The position numbers were made by a program, and so were the translations under genes. DNA of 64,000 nt from Geosiphon pyriformis uo1 (lineage: Eukaryota; Fungi; Glomeromycota). The notes below the pieces were generated by a model that saw nothing but the letters and a program-made list of their open reading frames with translations, was not told the DNA's origin and did not search any database. Where the stretch lies: positions 248,001 to 312,000 of the forward strand of contig JAAOMT010000699.1 in assembly GCA_016748015.1 (NCBI GenBank), read 5' to 3'. Below are positions 50,000 through 64,000 of the stretch, piece after piece (within the stretch, counting starts at the first letter, position 1; each line of letters opens with the position of its first letter).

Positions 50000-52857
50000 A
50001 ATATTATTTGATATTTTAAAAAGATACTTTATTGTTTTCTTTTACTTGGATTTGGTTATTTTACGATTTTATACATTTAGATTTCTCACATCTTCAAACT
50101 GATTTTCATTTTTGTTGATCATTGATTTTCTGAAAAACTCTTCAATTAATAAATATAAATTCTTTGCCAGTCTAAATCTTAAAAAGTTTTGTAAAAGCGG
50201 ATTATTTTTAAGAGATTATAATAAAGAAAACTTAAAATAAAATGAATCAAAAAAAGGGAAATCGATTTAGATAATTTGACTTTAAAAGAATCAATCTCAA
50301 AATTATAAATTAATCTTTAGTAATTTTAAGATTAAGAAATAGTTAATATTTTATTAATACCGTTGAAAGTTATTTACAATTTTTTCTTGTTTGATCCAAA
50401 AAAACTCAAAGCTATTTAATTGTTTTTTTGTTTTTTCATAAATTTGTTAATTATTTTGTTGAAAAGATTTTTTATTGCTTTTAAATGTACTTATCTAAAA
50501 ATATTAATAACTAATTATGATCTAAAATATTCAATACAAAATAAAATATTTGAATGATATTAAATAAAAAGTAACATAATAAGTCAAAAAGTTTTTATAA
50601 GATATTTCATTTTTTCCAAAAATTTGAAAAAAAAAATAAAAAATACATCTCTTATCTTAATAAATTATTATTGCTCATTTGAGTTAAAGTAGTAAGGTTA
50701 CCATATTTTGCTGCATCATTCTCTAGTAATTGGAAAAAAAAATTCCAAGATCGCATCAAATTAATATGTTGACAAAACAAGACAAAACAAACTAATATAT
50801 ATATATATGTATATGTTTGTTCGCATATTATAAGTTTAACTTTTAATAAATAGGATCAAAATTAAACTTTATTGGCTCTAGAACAATTAATGATTTTCAA
50901 AACAAGAAAGGGTAAATAAAAGATTAGATCTTTTTATCATAAATTTCAATTATCATAAAATCTATTTCATTTAAAAGGTGTTTGATAAGCGAAAATCATA
51001 ATCAACATTTCTAAAGATATTTTAATATATAAAAAAAAGCTATTAATTAATCATCTTTTAAAAAGATAAAATTATCATGTTAAAAAACTTTTATATATAT
51101 ATTTTACTTTATTACGAATAAATAAACAATTAATTGTTGTAGTTTTCATTTTTATTGTCAATTAAAAATAAAATAGCCGATATATTAAAATTCAAATTTT
51201 ATTATAAAAAATAAGCAATGATTAAGCGATATGCATTATTTTAATTGTAAATTTTTATTAATAATTAATAATTAATAAATGATAAATGATAATTTTATCA
51301 AACTTTGATTATCAATATCTTGTAATTTTTAATATTTTTAATATGGAAATTTTTATATGCTGATTTCAATTGTTATTAATTTTTGATGGATTCTTAAAAA
51401 TAAAATTTTATTAACATTATAATAATATAACCAAAGAAAATTTATTACATTATTAAAATGGAAATTTTAAGTTTCAAAATTTATATATATGATTTAATTC
51501 AACAATATTAAATCATTTAATACCAAACAAATTTGTAAAAGTTTTTAATTTTATAACAAAAAGCCTTTTATTTATTTCAAAAAGCTGGTAATTAAAATAG
51601 ATTATCTTAAAATTACGCTTTTAACTCAAAAACATAACAAATTTCACATGAAAGTCAAACTGTGATTTAAAGTATTTATATAAAAATCAAAAGTATTATT
51701 AATATTTTACAAATATCATTAAGAGATATTAGATTAAAAAGACTTTTAAAATATATTTTTGGGCAAAAATCAAATTGATTCACTTTGATTGTTTTATATA
51801 ATTTAGATCAAAACCAAAAATCAGAGAATTTGACCTGAACAATACAAAACTTGGTTAAATTCATCTAAATAGTCTAGCTATTGATATTCAAATATTTAAA
51901 ATTGACAAAAGAGCGATTTTTTATATATATCATTTTAAGCAAAGTTTTATTAAATCAACTTTAAATAGTTTCATTCTTTGACCTTGTTTTATTTCATTAA
52001 TGTTTATACTTTATTTCGCATTATATTTATCAAGTTTTAATGATTGAGAAAGTAAATATATTTCGTTTTAAATTTATAATAGGATCTAATGCTTTTTTTA
52101 ACGTGCCTTTCACATTCAAGAGCAAAAATATCATAACAAACCCTAGATCTTTAAGTAAAAAAAGGCTTTATTGTTGAAACACTGAACTAGTTTTCCTAAA
52201 AACCCCCGGGATATCTATTCCTTTAAATCCTAATTAAATAGCCTAGGTAAATTGATTTTTACAGAAACGCAATCGGTATGAATTATATTTAGCATTCCTC
52301 TTGATTTCTCTTATGCTCTTAAAGTTTTCAACTTGATAAAGCTGAAATCTTAACAAAGATTGGCTTTTTTGTTTGAGGATATCAAAAGATTATGAATATT
52401 CTTGTTTTAAACTAATCACAATCTTACATTATTTTATCTTTTTTAAAGTGAAAATCTTGCAATATTGGTGTTCCACTTTTTATCACTATATTTTTATCTT
52501 ATTATTATTTCAAATTTGTGATGTAAGCATAATCTCCAATGCTCGTTGCAAGTAATTCCGAACCCTATTTTGATAGTCTTTTTTTGATTGATTTGTAAAG
52601 ATAATTTATCTTAATATTTTAATAAAATCCGAAGATAAAACACTAAACGCAAGGTTTCTTGGTAGATAATTGAAACGGCCCTACCCCTGTGATATAAGTG
52701 CTCTAACTCAAAATTTATCAATTCAACAGCACGTCATTTTGTCAGCTTAAAGAGAGAGAGAAACAAGTTTATAAATAGTTGACACAATAGCTTCGATTTT
52801 TTGGTAAAGATCGGTTCTTCATTATTATATTACATTTCACAAAAAAAAATAAATGAC

Positions 52858-54326
52858 ATGAAAACGATAATATGGCTTCCCCTGATATCTCTTCATTTTG
52901 TTAATGCAGCGAAGGATATCAGCTCAGAAATAAGTAGCAAAAGTGACAATGAATTTTATGTTATTTATGTGACCGCAGCTATTTGCATGAGTTTGAATTT
53001 TCTGGGATGTTCTTTTATCTTTTTGAACACGTTTCTGAAATGGAGAGTGAATGTTACGAAGAGTCTTGCCATGTCGTATCGGCTCCCGTTTTATATTGCT
53101 TTAACCGGTACATTTCTTGATTAACTAATCAATTAATAATATCGCTTGGTATTAATAACTTTCTGTCCATTTTTTAGATTTTTCCATTATTTCGATACAT
53201 GCCTTTAACTTTGTAAGAAGGTTTTAAATCTTTTCAGTTAAAAAAAAGTTTCTCTTAATATCTTTTCAAAGACTTTGACTTAATAATAGGGATACTGGGC
53301 AAGATATGGTAGAACATGGCCTAATCCAGCATGTAAAATAATTGGTATTGCCCAAGCAGTTGCCAATTCCTATAATAATTACCTATATGGTGTAATTGCT
53401 ATTTCCACTTATTTAAGAGGTATTTATCTTTATGGAATCTTAATCAACTCTACAAACTTATTAAATATTTATTTTTATATTATCAGTTGTACGTGGATAT
53501 TCATTTAGTTTTGGTCGTTATGACTATCGGCTCTTTTTGATAATTACAACTTTTATGCTAGCCACTACGTTACCGTCGATTGATAATGGTTTTGGGCCAC
53601 AGAAATACTGGTATGTGTGAGAAATATATAGATTTTAAGAAATTTTCATATATAAAATTCTTTCTCGCATAGGTGCGCGACAAATGACCATCAAGCTAAA
53701 GAATATATAATTGGAATGATATCAATGATTGGAATCACTTTGATCACATTATTTTGTTTCGTGTGTATCCTCAGATTATTGGCACAAAACAGAAATCAGA
53801 TGTCTATAGAGAGTGACGGAACACAAATTTCCGAAAATCTCGAATATGTAGTGACAAGAAAAATTGCTAGTTATGTGCTAGTATTCCTGTTGCAATGGGT
53901 ATTTTTTTTGATTTGACAAACATTTCCATCCTTTTTTTCGAAAAACGAGATAATTTTAAGTCTTGTTCTATCAACTTTTTTAAGATTCCTGTGATGACCT
54001 ATGTAATAGCTTTGGCCTGCAGGGTAAGATTAATCCAAAATTGAACTTAAATTTTTCACCAGGCCCTAATGTTTTTTTAATTGTTACTTTTTAAAAAGGC
54101 TACTGGAACATGGATATGGGTAACAGTGATAATAGGTAAAAATTCAAAGGTTTCCTCTTTCTGTTACAAAAAAATTCACAAAAAATCTTAATTTTTCTCA
54201 TAAATAGGAATAAATTTCGGCGGAATAGGCAACTCAATTACTTACTTACTAAATGAAATTCTACTATCTACAAAAAAAAGAAAATTCGGGACATCAAGAA
54301 TAGAAATTAAAGAGATCGAGTCATAA
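52858..54326 (+). CDS. 7-TM GPCR-like protein G3 (cAMP-receptor/Git3-like), multi-exon
   Basis: Signal peptide MKTIIWLPLISLHFVNA; KSLAMSYRLPFYIALT|D; WPNPACKIIG; FGRYDYR; GFGPQKYW|C; KIASYVLVFLLQW; FGGIGNSITY. Confidence 0.85.
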
Positions 54327-55007
54327 GAATTTTGCAAAGTCGAATAACGCCTTATCATGCATGCAGGAAGTGAAAAAGGAATCCTTTTTTAGGATAAAAT
54401 GCATCTTTGCATCCATTGTGATTTCGTAATCTGAATTGTCAAAGTTTGGGAAATTTTCGTCAACGGATTATTTGTTTCAATTCAATTAGCTCCAAGATTC
54501 AAATATCAATGATATCTTGTTAGTCACCTATTTTATTGGATATACGAAAGAACACCGCTGGTTTTGAAAAACATGAAGGGAATCAATACGATCGATTATA
54601 CTAGTTTCCAAATGAAGTGATGAGAGAAACAAGGAGTCTGATTTCAAAAAACGTTTGATCTATTTAAATTCATTCAAGGTGATATAATGGGACATCCAAG
54701 AACATTTTGAATTAATCCTAGCCTTTTAAAAGTTAATTCGATTAGTTAAATGCCTTTGAGGCATAAATTTAGATTTGGCTTTAAAGGCCTTCTACAATGC
54801 ACTGATATAAAATTACGAAAGTATAATTTTCGTGAAAATTCTTAAATATTTAGTATGAAGAGTGAGATAATTCTAACCTTGAAATCAAGATGTCACCCGA
54901 ACTCTTTGCAATCCGATTCTCGTACTCCAGTTAAACGCAAGTTTTTGAAAGATTTTACAATTGAGTGGTCGATTTCAGTTGTTTTCTTGGGAAAAATAAC
55001 AAAGTTC

Positions 55008-56564
55008 CTAGGGCAAAGATTTGAAGTTTTTCAAGAAATTCAAAGTATTTCTGCAGTTTCCATTTGTAAAATCATACCTCGCTGATCCATTGTCACGAGG
55101 AAACACTTCCTCCCCATATTTCTGGAGAATCCTGATGTAAACAGCACTGAGATCTTTTTCAAAGGATAACTTTAAAGTGTTTGTCAAATTGGGAGAACAT
55201 CTTAAAAGGAATTTCTCCAAGGCAGCGGGCTTGAATTTAAACCTTGTGGCGCTTATATTCAAACATCTTAAATTGGATGGTAAATTGTATCCCCAGTCAG
55301 GTAGCTTCTTTGAAACATCAATTGGTTGAGTCACTTGAAGAACAGAGAGTTGAAGGTACTGTAGCAAAGAACATTTTTGCAAAATTATGGGAATAAAATG
55401 TAGCATATCATCAATATTCTCCAGAATAAGTAGAGTTAGATTGGGACAATTTTTCGCAATGGTTTCAGCGATATATTCCGAAGTCTCGTATTTACAACTT
55501 CGCCGCCATGATAGTGTTAGTTCTTCTAGACAACCTTCTGTGCTCTCAATCATTTTAGCAAACATTCGATGATCCATAGAATTCAATTTCAATACTAAAG
55601 ATTTTAAAGAGGGAAATTTTGCATCGGCCCATCCAAATGCACTCCCTGTTCCAAAAGTGCTTGGATGGTTATCACAAATGGTCAGCCGCTCCAAACATTT
55701 GTTTCCAGAAAAAAGTTGAGAAGGCAGACAGACTATAAATAACAAGGTCACTTCTTTCAAACCCCACATCTGGCTCATGATGACATCTAATGTTGCTCGT
55801 GGCAAAGGCTGATTTCGCCCACCTATATTAATGCTTTGAAGCGATCGTTGAAAGAGGATTAAGGTCAACAACCCCTCGGATTCTAGCCAGGATGAAAGGA
55901 TAGTTAGACATTTGAGATTTGTGCAGCATTCTGAGGCCTTCAACAATACTTGATTTTCTGGTATGCTTCCAGCAATGGTTAACTCGGTTAAATTTGAGAG
56001 AAAACGTGATGCATTGGGCGTCTGAAACAAAGCTAGCTGAATTTCTCGGGCTGAAATGTTCAAGATCAATTTCTGCAGACCTAGTTGGCTCTCTTTAATG
56101 AAAAATCGGTAAAAGCATTGAAAAAATATGCAGCACAATCGAGAACCACCTAGTTGGTTTTTTCGATCTAACCGCTCGGTATATCCAGCAATCGGGATCC
56201 AACGTCGAATAGCTTCTAACAAGCGTGCCGAATTTATTTCCTTCAAGAATGAGCCATATGCAAAAAAAACTGAAATAACTTTAGGGGAGACATTAACTGA
56301 CTGTTTCATCCCTTTATCATTTGTTGGAGCTAAAACTAAATTTTGCTGTTCCAGGAAATTTATTTCTTCTTCCCCGAAACAGTTAAAATAGGTATTAAGT
56401 AATGCCCAAGGTTTATGGAGAGAATCATTGAACGGCGAAGCCCACATGTAAGGAATTGCTGCGGTACACCACAAGCGATTGACTAATGTGCAAGAAAACA
56501 GATTTTTAAATGAGAGATTTTGAAAGATTTCTTGCAGAATCTCGGTTGGTAAACGGTCAGACAT
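55008..56564 (-). CDS. F-box / leucine-rich-repeat (RNI-like) protein
   Basis: F-box LPTEILQEIFQNL..LFSCTLVNRLWCTAAIPYMWASPF followed by LxxLxL repeats (CTNLKCLTI, CPNLTLLIL); single 518-aa exon. Confidence 0.92.
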   Translation of the reverse strand: MSDRLPTEILQEIFQNLSFKNLFSCTLVNRLWCTAAIPYMWASPFNDSLHKPWALLNTYFNCFGEEEINFLEQQNLVLAPTNDKGMKQSVNVSPKVISVFFAYGSFLKEINSARLLEAIRRWIPIAGYTERLDRKNQLGGSRLCCIFFQCFYRFFIKESQLGLQKLILNISAREIQLALFQTPNASRFLSNLTELTIAGSIPENQVLLKASECCTNLKCLTILSSWLESEGLLTLILFQRSLQSINIGGRNQPLPRATLDVIMSQMWGLKEVTLLFIVCLPSQLFSGNKCLERLTICDNHPSTFGTGSAFGWADAKFPSLKSLVLKLNSMDHRMFAKMIESTEGCLEELTLSWRRSCKYETSEYIAETIAKNCPNLTLLILENIDDMLHFIPIILQKCSLLQYLQLSVLQVTQPIDVSKKLPDWGYNLPSNLRCLNISATRFKFKPAALEKFLLRCSPNLTNTLKLSFEKDLSAVYIRILQKYGEEVFPRDNGSARYDFTNGNCRNTLNFLKNFKSLP

Positions 56565-58111
56565 ATGAAGTATTTTTTGTGTTTAAAAATAAAATTCAAG
56601 TGGTGAAGTAATTTATTGTAACAGAAACAGTCTATGACGCAAAGTGCTGATGCCCCTTCCAAAATAGGCACTCTAATCAATAATGATCTGTATCTCCATC
56701 AATTGCCTTTATCAAAGCCATTCGATTGGTCGGTAGTATTGAGCAAAAATGCAGGGTTATCACTTTAGCATTATCAGCCACCAAAAAGTCTAGATTTAAA
56801 CAGCTACTTTAGGCATGTACAAAATTAAAATTTACAATTGAATAATGATACATATTGGGAATTTGGGGCAAAGTTTTTAGGGAAGCAAGCGCCTGAAGTA
56901 ATAACAGCAATTTCTTAAAAATATTTTACTGGTTCTTGGATAAATTTTTTATAAATCACAGTTATTTCATTTTACTTTGCGAAAATGTTTCAACGAAACG
57001 TTTTGATGTCAACCATGACGCTAAGGCAAATTTTATTATTTTAATTGAACGAAATTTCCGAATAAAAGTAATATTAAAATTTTAATAAGAATTAAAAAAT
57101 TTTATGCTTTTGTATATTATGTCGGCTTTCTTACAGTTTGATTACTAAATTTTATATATAATATTAATAAAAAATATAATTGTTTAAAAAAATCTTTAAA
57201 TGTTATAAAACATTATAATCAATATTTTTTAAGTTATTAAATTAGTTTTTATTTTGATAATTATATAACTGTATTTTAAAAAGAAGATTTGGTAAATGAG
57301 TGTAAAAAATTTTAATATTTTTTGTTAAAATTGTAATAAAAAATTTGGCATATTTGGCATTTTTTGCACTTTATTTTAATTAAACATAAAAATTCTAATT
57401 GTACTCTTTGAAATATTTAAAATTATTTCATTATGTTGTATAATGTTAATTTTCAATGTTATTTATTTATTTTGAATATAAGATTAATTTTAAAGTTTTT
57501 ATACAAGATTAAAAATAAAATGACTACTATAATTTTTTTAAAATTATTGTTTATTTGGTAAACATTTTATTTTACAAGTCTAAGTTTCTTCTTAAGTTAA
57601 TTTCAACAAAAAATATTGTCATTTTTTATTTTAAAAAAATTGAGAAAAGAAATTGTTCAATGTGCAAGTGATACTTTTTATAACTTGATCAACTATTAAA
57701 GGTGATTTATATAAAAAATAAAAACTTATAAATTTATTAAATTGAATATTCAAATGTAGCAATAGTAATAATCAAGATAAAATGATAGGAGCAATTTAAG
57801 GTAAATAATAAATAATCAAAAGAAATAAGTTTTAAAAGTACAATCTTAAAATTACAAACAATGAATAGACTGTTAAAAAAAGGATACAAACAAGCCAAAT
57901 TGAATATAATATTTAAAAGTGATTCTTCAAACTTTGTTTGGTACCATGGGATGTGACTTTATTATTTCTATACTTTTTTTTAAAAGAGTTAAAAATCAGG
58001 TTAATGATCTGAAAGATTTCACCAGAGACGTTGGATGAATCAAGAAATGTAGATCTAACGGGAAGAATAAAAATTTCAATAGAGAAATCAATTTATTGTC
58101 ATACTTTCTTA

Positions 58112-58246
58112 GTCTATTAAATCTTTTTCTACTTTCACAATGATACTAGTACTGACAGGGTTAAAATTAGCTCTTTTATTTCTATTAAATCTTTTTCTAC
58201 TTTCGCAATGATACTAATACTGGCAGGGTTAAAATTGACTCTTTTA
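58112..58246. repeat. ~68-bp imperfect tandem duplication
   Basis: tctattaaatctttttctactttc.caatgatacta.tactg.cagggttaaaatt..ctctttta twice. Confidence 0.85.
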
Positions 58247-59794
58247 GATTTATATGAATTTCCCTCCCATTCATTAATTACATAAGCTATCCCGTTTGCA
58301 CTTCCACAAAAACCCAATGCTATTTTTTTTGAAGATATAAAATAATTTAAGACTTTGTACTTTCAAATTAAAAAAACTTATGACTTGATAAGATGAAAAC
58401 AGACCTATCACATTGATCAAATAAACCCAGACTTCGTGGTACTATCGATCGGCAATTCAAATTAGTACTTAGAATACTTTAAATCCTTTAGAAAATAATT
58501 GTACTTAAATGGGAACTTACCCCTACCATCAATAATAATAAATGCAGTAAATAGGGTAGCTAAAATTAAGGAATATGAATCTATGTTAATCACGATGATG
58601 AGAAAATCAAAATTTTGTCGGCTAACATGCATGCAAAATCTTAGCCAAAGCAAAGAAAAAACAGTGAAACATGACGAGAAATTTTTCGCGTGGCATGATA
58701 TTCCATTTTTGCCTCATGAAATAGTATGATCCGAGCCAGTTTTTAAAATATTCCGAGATGAAGAAATAGATTTGAAAATTCGATAATAGGCAACTGTTAT
58801 TGATATAAAAACTAGGCTATTGATTGTAATGTGTAGAAAAATTAAGCTTTTGTACCCATTTATTGAACCACACCTAAGAATTTTATCGGTTTTAGATTGA
58901 GATGCATGACTTTAATAAAATTATTCAAAATTGGAAGTCACTTAACACCATCTTTGTTCTCCTATAGCTCCTTCAAAAAGTGGGGGACCAACGAATAAAA
59001 TTTTAAGCAAATTATCAACAAAACGAGTTTGTAGTCTTATCTTCCCAGATCAGGGTTCCATTTCCGGCATACTAGGTATTCCACAAGAAAAATTTAAAAT
59101 TGAAGCATGTTTACAAATTAAAAAAGTTTGATTGATATAGCTGACCTTTGAAATAAGTCAAAAAATTTAGAGCGATGAAAAAAAGGAATCAAGCAAACTA
59201 TAGCATAACCCTGAAATTCTAAAAAAAAAAATTAGATATTGTTTCTCTGACCACGGAGTAGCATAAAAATTATGCCATGACTCTAATATTTAAAAGATAT
59301 AAAATGATTGTTCATGAGATTTTTGAGGATAAAAGTGAAGAATGTATTAAGACTTACTAAATTCAAAAAAGTTATAATATAATTGATTCCATCTAAAATG
59401 ATAGAGATTCAATCAAAATTTTGAAATTAAATATATAAATATTTCTTTTTGATCTACCTATTACAGCTTTATAAAATGTCAAACGTAATGACATGGGTAA
59501 AGAAATGATTTCCAATTTGCATAAGTTCAATAAAGAACATATATGACCGAAATTAGAACTATGTGTAGGGTGATCAGACATGGAAACATCATAATATATA
59601 GTAATCTGTTTCTTTAACCCCATAAAAAAGATCCAGAGTGAGGCCAGTAAATATTTGAGGGAGCATAAGAATTGGAAGAATTTTTACATATAAAAGTTTT
59701 AGGAATGGCATTAGCATTAAGTGAGAAAATTGACAAAATAAAAATGCTTTGAATTATTGGTTCCAACACGGATAAAGTTTGGGGATAAATTCAT
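58135..59794 (-). pseudogene. Decayed 7-TM GPCR paralogue G4
   Basis: Signal-like start; SLPMSLRLTFYKAVI; GFCGSANGIAYVINE (TM7-like); frameshifts and stops. Confidence 0.7.
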
Positions 59795-62700
59795 TTTTGA
59801 AGTGAATGAATGAATGAATTAGACCTTTGTTTTGAGTTGTAATTTTCATTTTAAGCATAAGATAGCAATACTTAGTTTAAAAAAAAAAACGAGAATTATA
59901 AACAATTTTACTTTAATCAATTTTTTTTTTACTCGCCAGTTATAAATATTATATTCAATTTATTTAAAAAATTCTAAAATAAAATAAAAAATATAATTTA
60001 AAAAATTAATTAATTTTATTCATTTATTAAAAAGCAATCTTTAAAAATTAAAATCAAAAATTATAAAACAATTAATAATTGTTTTATATATATATATATT
60101 TTTTGCAATTTTGACAAAAAATTCTTTATGTATGAATTAATTAGAGTTAATTCATAAGTTAAATAATTAAGTTAATAATTAAAAAATTAATGATCGAATT
60201 TGAATAAATTATTCATTTTTTTTTTTTAAAGATAATTATTTATTTTAAATAAAAAATTAATTGAATTTATTTAAATTATTTGATAAATGATAAAAAAAAA
60301 ATTAATGATTAAATTTAATTAATTATTTATTTATTTTGAGTTTTTTGTTACAATTTTAATCAAATGAAAAATAAATGAAAATTTCCAAATTGCAATAATA
60401 AAAATTCAAAATTGAATATAAACATTAATGATGTTGGAAAACTTTGATTGATAAAATTTTTTTTTTTTTTTCAAGAAAAATCTAATTTTTGGTGAAACTT
60501 TAAATTTTTTTAATATTTTGATATTTCCAATCATTTATATTTTACTATTAAATAAATAAAATGTAAAGAAAATTTTTTTTCCTCAAATTACGTAAATATA
60601 ACAAAAGAATTTGTCGTACCAAGAGAGGCATTTAATTTATTACATTATAGTAGATATCAGTAAAACAAGTTTACAATATCAAAAATAAATGCGTTTTAAA
60701 GTTGATATATTTCAAAAAACTGGACAAAATCCTGCTTTGATTTAAAATATTGAACTATTTTAAGCTCCTGTTTCATTTTTGTGCAATTTAAGGGAGATTT
60801 TGTATTTGTTCTTCTGAAAAGTATCGTGATTGTGCTCTTTACGAATCAAAGCTAAAAAGTGATTTTTAAAAGTAAAAGCTATCACATTTTTTTTTTCTTT
60901 ATATGATACAAAATTATACATTGTTCAGCTAAAAAAGGTATAGGTCATTGTCACATCGGGTTAAAAAGTTTCTCGATCGTTTTCATTTCCTACTTGCATA
61001 ATCGGAAGTGATTGTACAATAAAAACGACGCCAGAATCAGGAGGTTTTCGACGCGTTCAAATTCACCTTTTTTTTCACAATCTATGAATATCTACCAAGT
61101 TTGTAATGCCGCAATTTATTAATTAATTTTTATAGACCTTTTAAATATGATAACTTTTTATTCTTTAGGAAAAGATTTTCTAATAATTTGAATTTTAATT
61201 AGAGACGCGTCGAGATGAACAAGATTGCAATTCGGGAGAGCATATATTATTTTTAGTATTTTCTCTTGTAAAAAAAAATTTCAAGTTTTCGAGATTAAAC
61301 CTGTTTATCGGTAATACCTTTCACTGAACAATAAGTTATCTTCTTATCCTAATGAAGTTTAGGTGAAGGCGTATCATTAAACGTAGTAAGACTTTTAGCC
61401 TAGTTTATCTTTAACATGACTCATTCCAGACAAGAATTCCCATAAACTTATTTTTAAAGTTTAATGAAGTCTTTGATCAATACCTTTTTAAGAAATGAAG
61501 AATGAAATTATTGGCTGTTTTGACTCAAAATTTGATACTACATACTCTATGAGTGTGTTGTGAATGTTACATATTTTAAAAGAAACTTGTTTTTTAAACC
61601 AGTTGTTGAATAATAATTATTCTAATAATTGATGGAAAAAAAATACGAAATAAGGTAGTACACGTTACCAAAGATTTGGGATTTAGGTTTAGACATTCTT
61701 TATGGACTTTTTCCAAACGGTTTATACAAAGGTTTGGTACTATGTATGGGAAAACTCCTTGTTTGAGAGAGAGACTTTTTTATCTTACCAATCATTAAAT
61801 AATAATAATTTCTCAAAAGGATAAGTTGATCAAGCCAAAATGAATCACAATATTAAAAAAAAATTTTTTTTTTGGAAGTAGATTTCATTTTTTGAAATAC
61901 TTTTCATAAAGATTCGAAAAGATTCATGTGTTTCTTTGAAGTGATTTCGGGAAGTCAATATATGATCCAGAAAAAGGTTGTACAAATTTGTTGTGGACAA
62001 CAACGAGAAACTAAATCAAAATATAGTTTTTTTTTCCTATGTTTAATCCACACATGTCTAGTTTTTACCTTTTCGAACACAAAATGACAAAATTCAGAAT
62101 GTAGTCTTTAGTAAATAATTGTTTGAACCTTTGAAACTAGAGGAAGTGACCGAATTATTCTTTTAAGAATATTATCAAAGGTGATTGTGATTAGTTGTGA
62201 TTAATCATCTATCATCTGATCCATTAATATAATGGAATAATCAATAATTATGTTTTATATTTTAAATAAAATGAATTCTCATATAACATTATAAGAGTAT
62301 TTAAATTAAAAGAGTTTATTATAGAGTAAGACCGATTTTTCTTTAGTTTAGGTTGATTTAATCTTAGAGTATTGTGTATAACTTCATCCCATTTTTGTTA
62401 TGGATCTGTTTTTCATAATACGTGGGTATAACCTGATTTTATGTTTGAGGTCTTGGGCACAGTTAAAAGTCTAATTTGATAAAGTAACTATGAATATAAA
62501 GAAACGTGAATGAATTTAGGGTTTCAAAGGAAAATGTGCATAAACATTAGTTCAAATTTAAAAAAATTTTCCTCGTCATTAAAAAGTTTGAAAAAACTAT
62601 TTTTAGAAAATAAGTCAAAACTTTTAGTTGGGCAATCAAATATATATTAAATAATAATTATTATTATTATTTAAAATAAATGACGAAAAAAAAGGATAAA

Positions 62701-63005
62701 TATTTTTCTTAAATTCAAAAAAAATATGGGGAATTTTAAATTATTATTATGTAATTTTGAATCTTTAGCATAAAAATAGAAATTAATTAAATGTTCAATA
62801 TATTTTAGAATCCAATCAAACTTTTTACCAATCTCTAAATTAAAATATTTTGATTAGAATTTTAAATTCTTTAATAATTTTCTATTTGGGTATAGTACTT
62901 TTAAATTTTTTCATTTGGACAAGACAAATCTTTTTTCATAAAAATTTCATCAACCTACGAGAACTGCAATTTTCATTATTTATTATATGATTTATTTTAT
63001 TAGAG

Positions 63006-63076
<71 letters not shown>
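63006..63076. repeat. (AAT)n-(ATT)n inverted microsatellite
   Basis: aataataat... followed directly by tattattatt... Confidence 0.9.
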
Positions 63077-63078
<2 letters not shown>

Positions 63079-64000
63079 ATTACACTGCCGTTGTTTACAA
63101 CTTGAATTATAAACAAAAAACGGGATTGGTCATCAAATAAGGTTCCAAAGTTTAACGAATAATTTTCACTGGTTTTTCGTGTTGGTCGAACGTTTCATTT
63201 AAGATCTGCATAAAAGAAATACCTATATGAAGTGAGAAACCCTCAATAATGATTTTAATTAAACGTCATATAACTTTGTTAATAATATTAGATAATTTTA
63301 AATTTTTCAGAGTTTTTTGTTTACCATTAGATGGAATTTTTTTTTTAAAAAAAAGATCAGGAATAGATATTAAATTCAGAGTATTTTATTACTTTTCGGT
63401 TTAAATTTCACGACATAAATTTCAAAACTTTTTTTTTTTTTTTTTAATATAATGTTAAAGAAACTTCTAATTACAGTGTTCAAGAGTGAAGTTTACAATA
63501 AATATAAAATAGTTTCTTAAATGGTCATTTTTTGACTTTTGTACTCGTCAATTTACTTTTAATCGGACCATTTATGCAATAAAATCAAAGAGACCCAAAG
63601 AAGTTGACCTACCAAATCAATGGTTCCAATTAAATCAACAGAAATTCATAAAATTTTTGATACCAAACAATTGGACACGTTTTTTATTGGACCATTCTGA
63701 CCATCAGTTTGTCATAGCTTCTAATTCGTACACAAGTTTAAATTCCCACATTCAATATGATTGCATTCAACCTTGTTCTTGTGTAAAAAATAAACCTGAA
63801 ATTTGATTTTTCAACTTTATTCAAATGGTGGTAATACGTTAGAATATATTATTTGCATATTTTTCAACAAAAAAAAAAAGAAAAAAAAAAGAAACAAACC
63901 GAAAAATAGGGTTTTTTCTATTTTTATGATAAATTTTCTTTGGTCAAAGAAATTTTATTACACATGTGTCAGATATTCGAATTTTTTTCGGTAAATATAA

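Noticed and set aside
55387-56680. Small ORFs overlapping the F-box gene (likewise antisense ORFs over HPC2, GPCR and lipase genes)
   Set aside because: Antisense or alternative-frame shadows of well-supported genes
60600-63994. Patches of slightly higher GC that may be gene relics; ORF 63803-63994
   Set aside because: No convincing motifs; the ORF is driven by a poly-A run

Overview
Very AT-rich, intron-containing eukaryotic (fungal) DNA. The TKL-kinase+Sel1 gene, single-exon F-box/LRR gene and short GT-AG introns point to Glomeromycotina. The LINE tail at 15.2-15.7 kb resembles a repeat I recall from Geosiphon pyriformis (recollection, not verified). Content: one conserved housekeeping gene (HPC2/ubinuclein-type HIR subunit); five Lipase_3-fold paralogues (3 apparently intact, 2 decayed); three intact plus one or two decayed 7-TM cAMP-receptor/Git3-like GPCR genes; a kinase-Sel1 gene with near-identical 108-bp repeats; a TspO/DUF1774-like membrane protein; an F-box/LRR protein; and TE debris (Tc1, MULE plus nested MITE, LINE 3' ends, an unclassified repeat in an intact and an AT-eroded copy). 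Most notable: all five lipase paralogues have Gly in place of the catalytic Ser (GHGVGG, GHGWGA, GFGLGG, GHGVGG, GHGLGG), encoded by three different Gly codons. They keep the catalytic Asp/His positions, four have an N-terminal signal/anchor, and they sit interspersed with GPCR genes. This is a candidate 'pseudo-lipase + GPCR' lipid-binding/sensing family (hypothesis). Exon boundaries were read by eye and are approximate.
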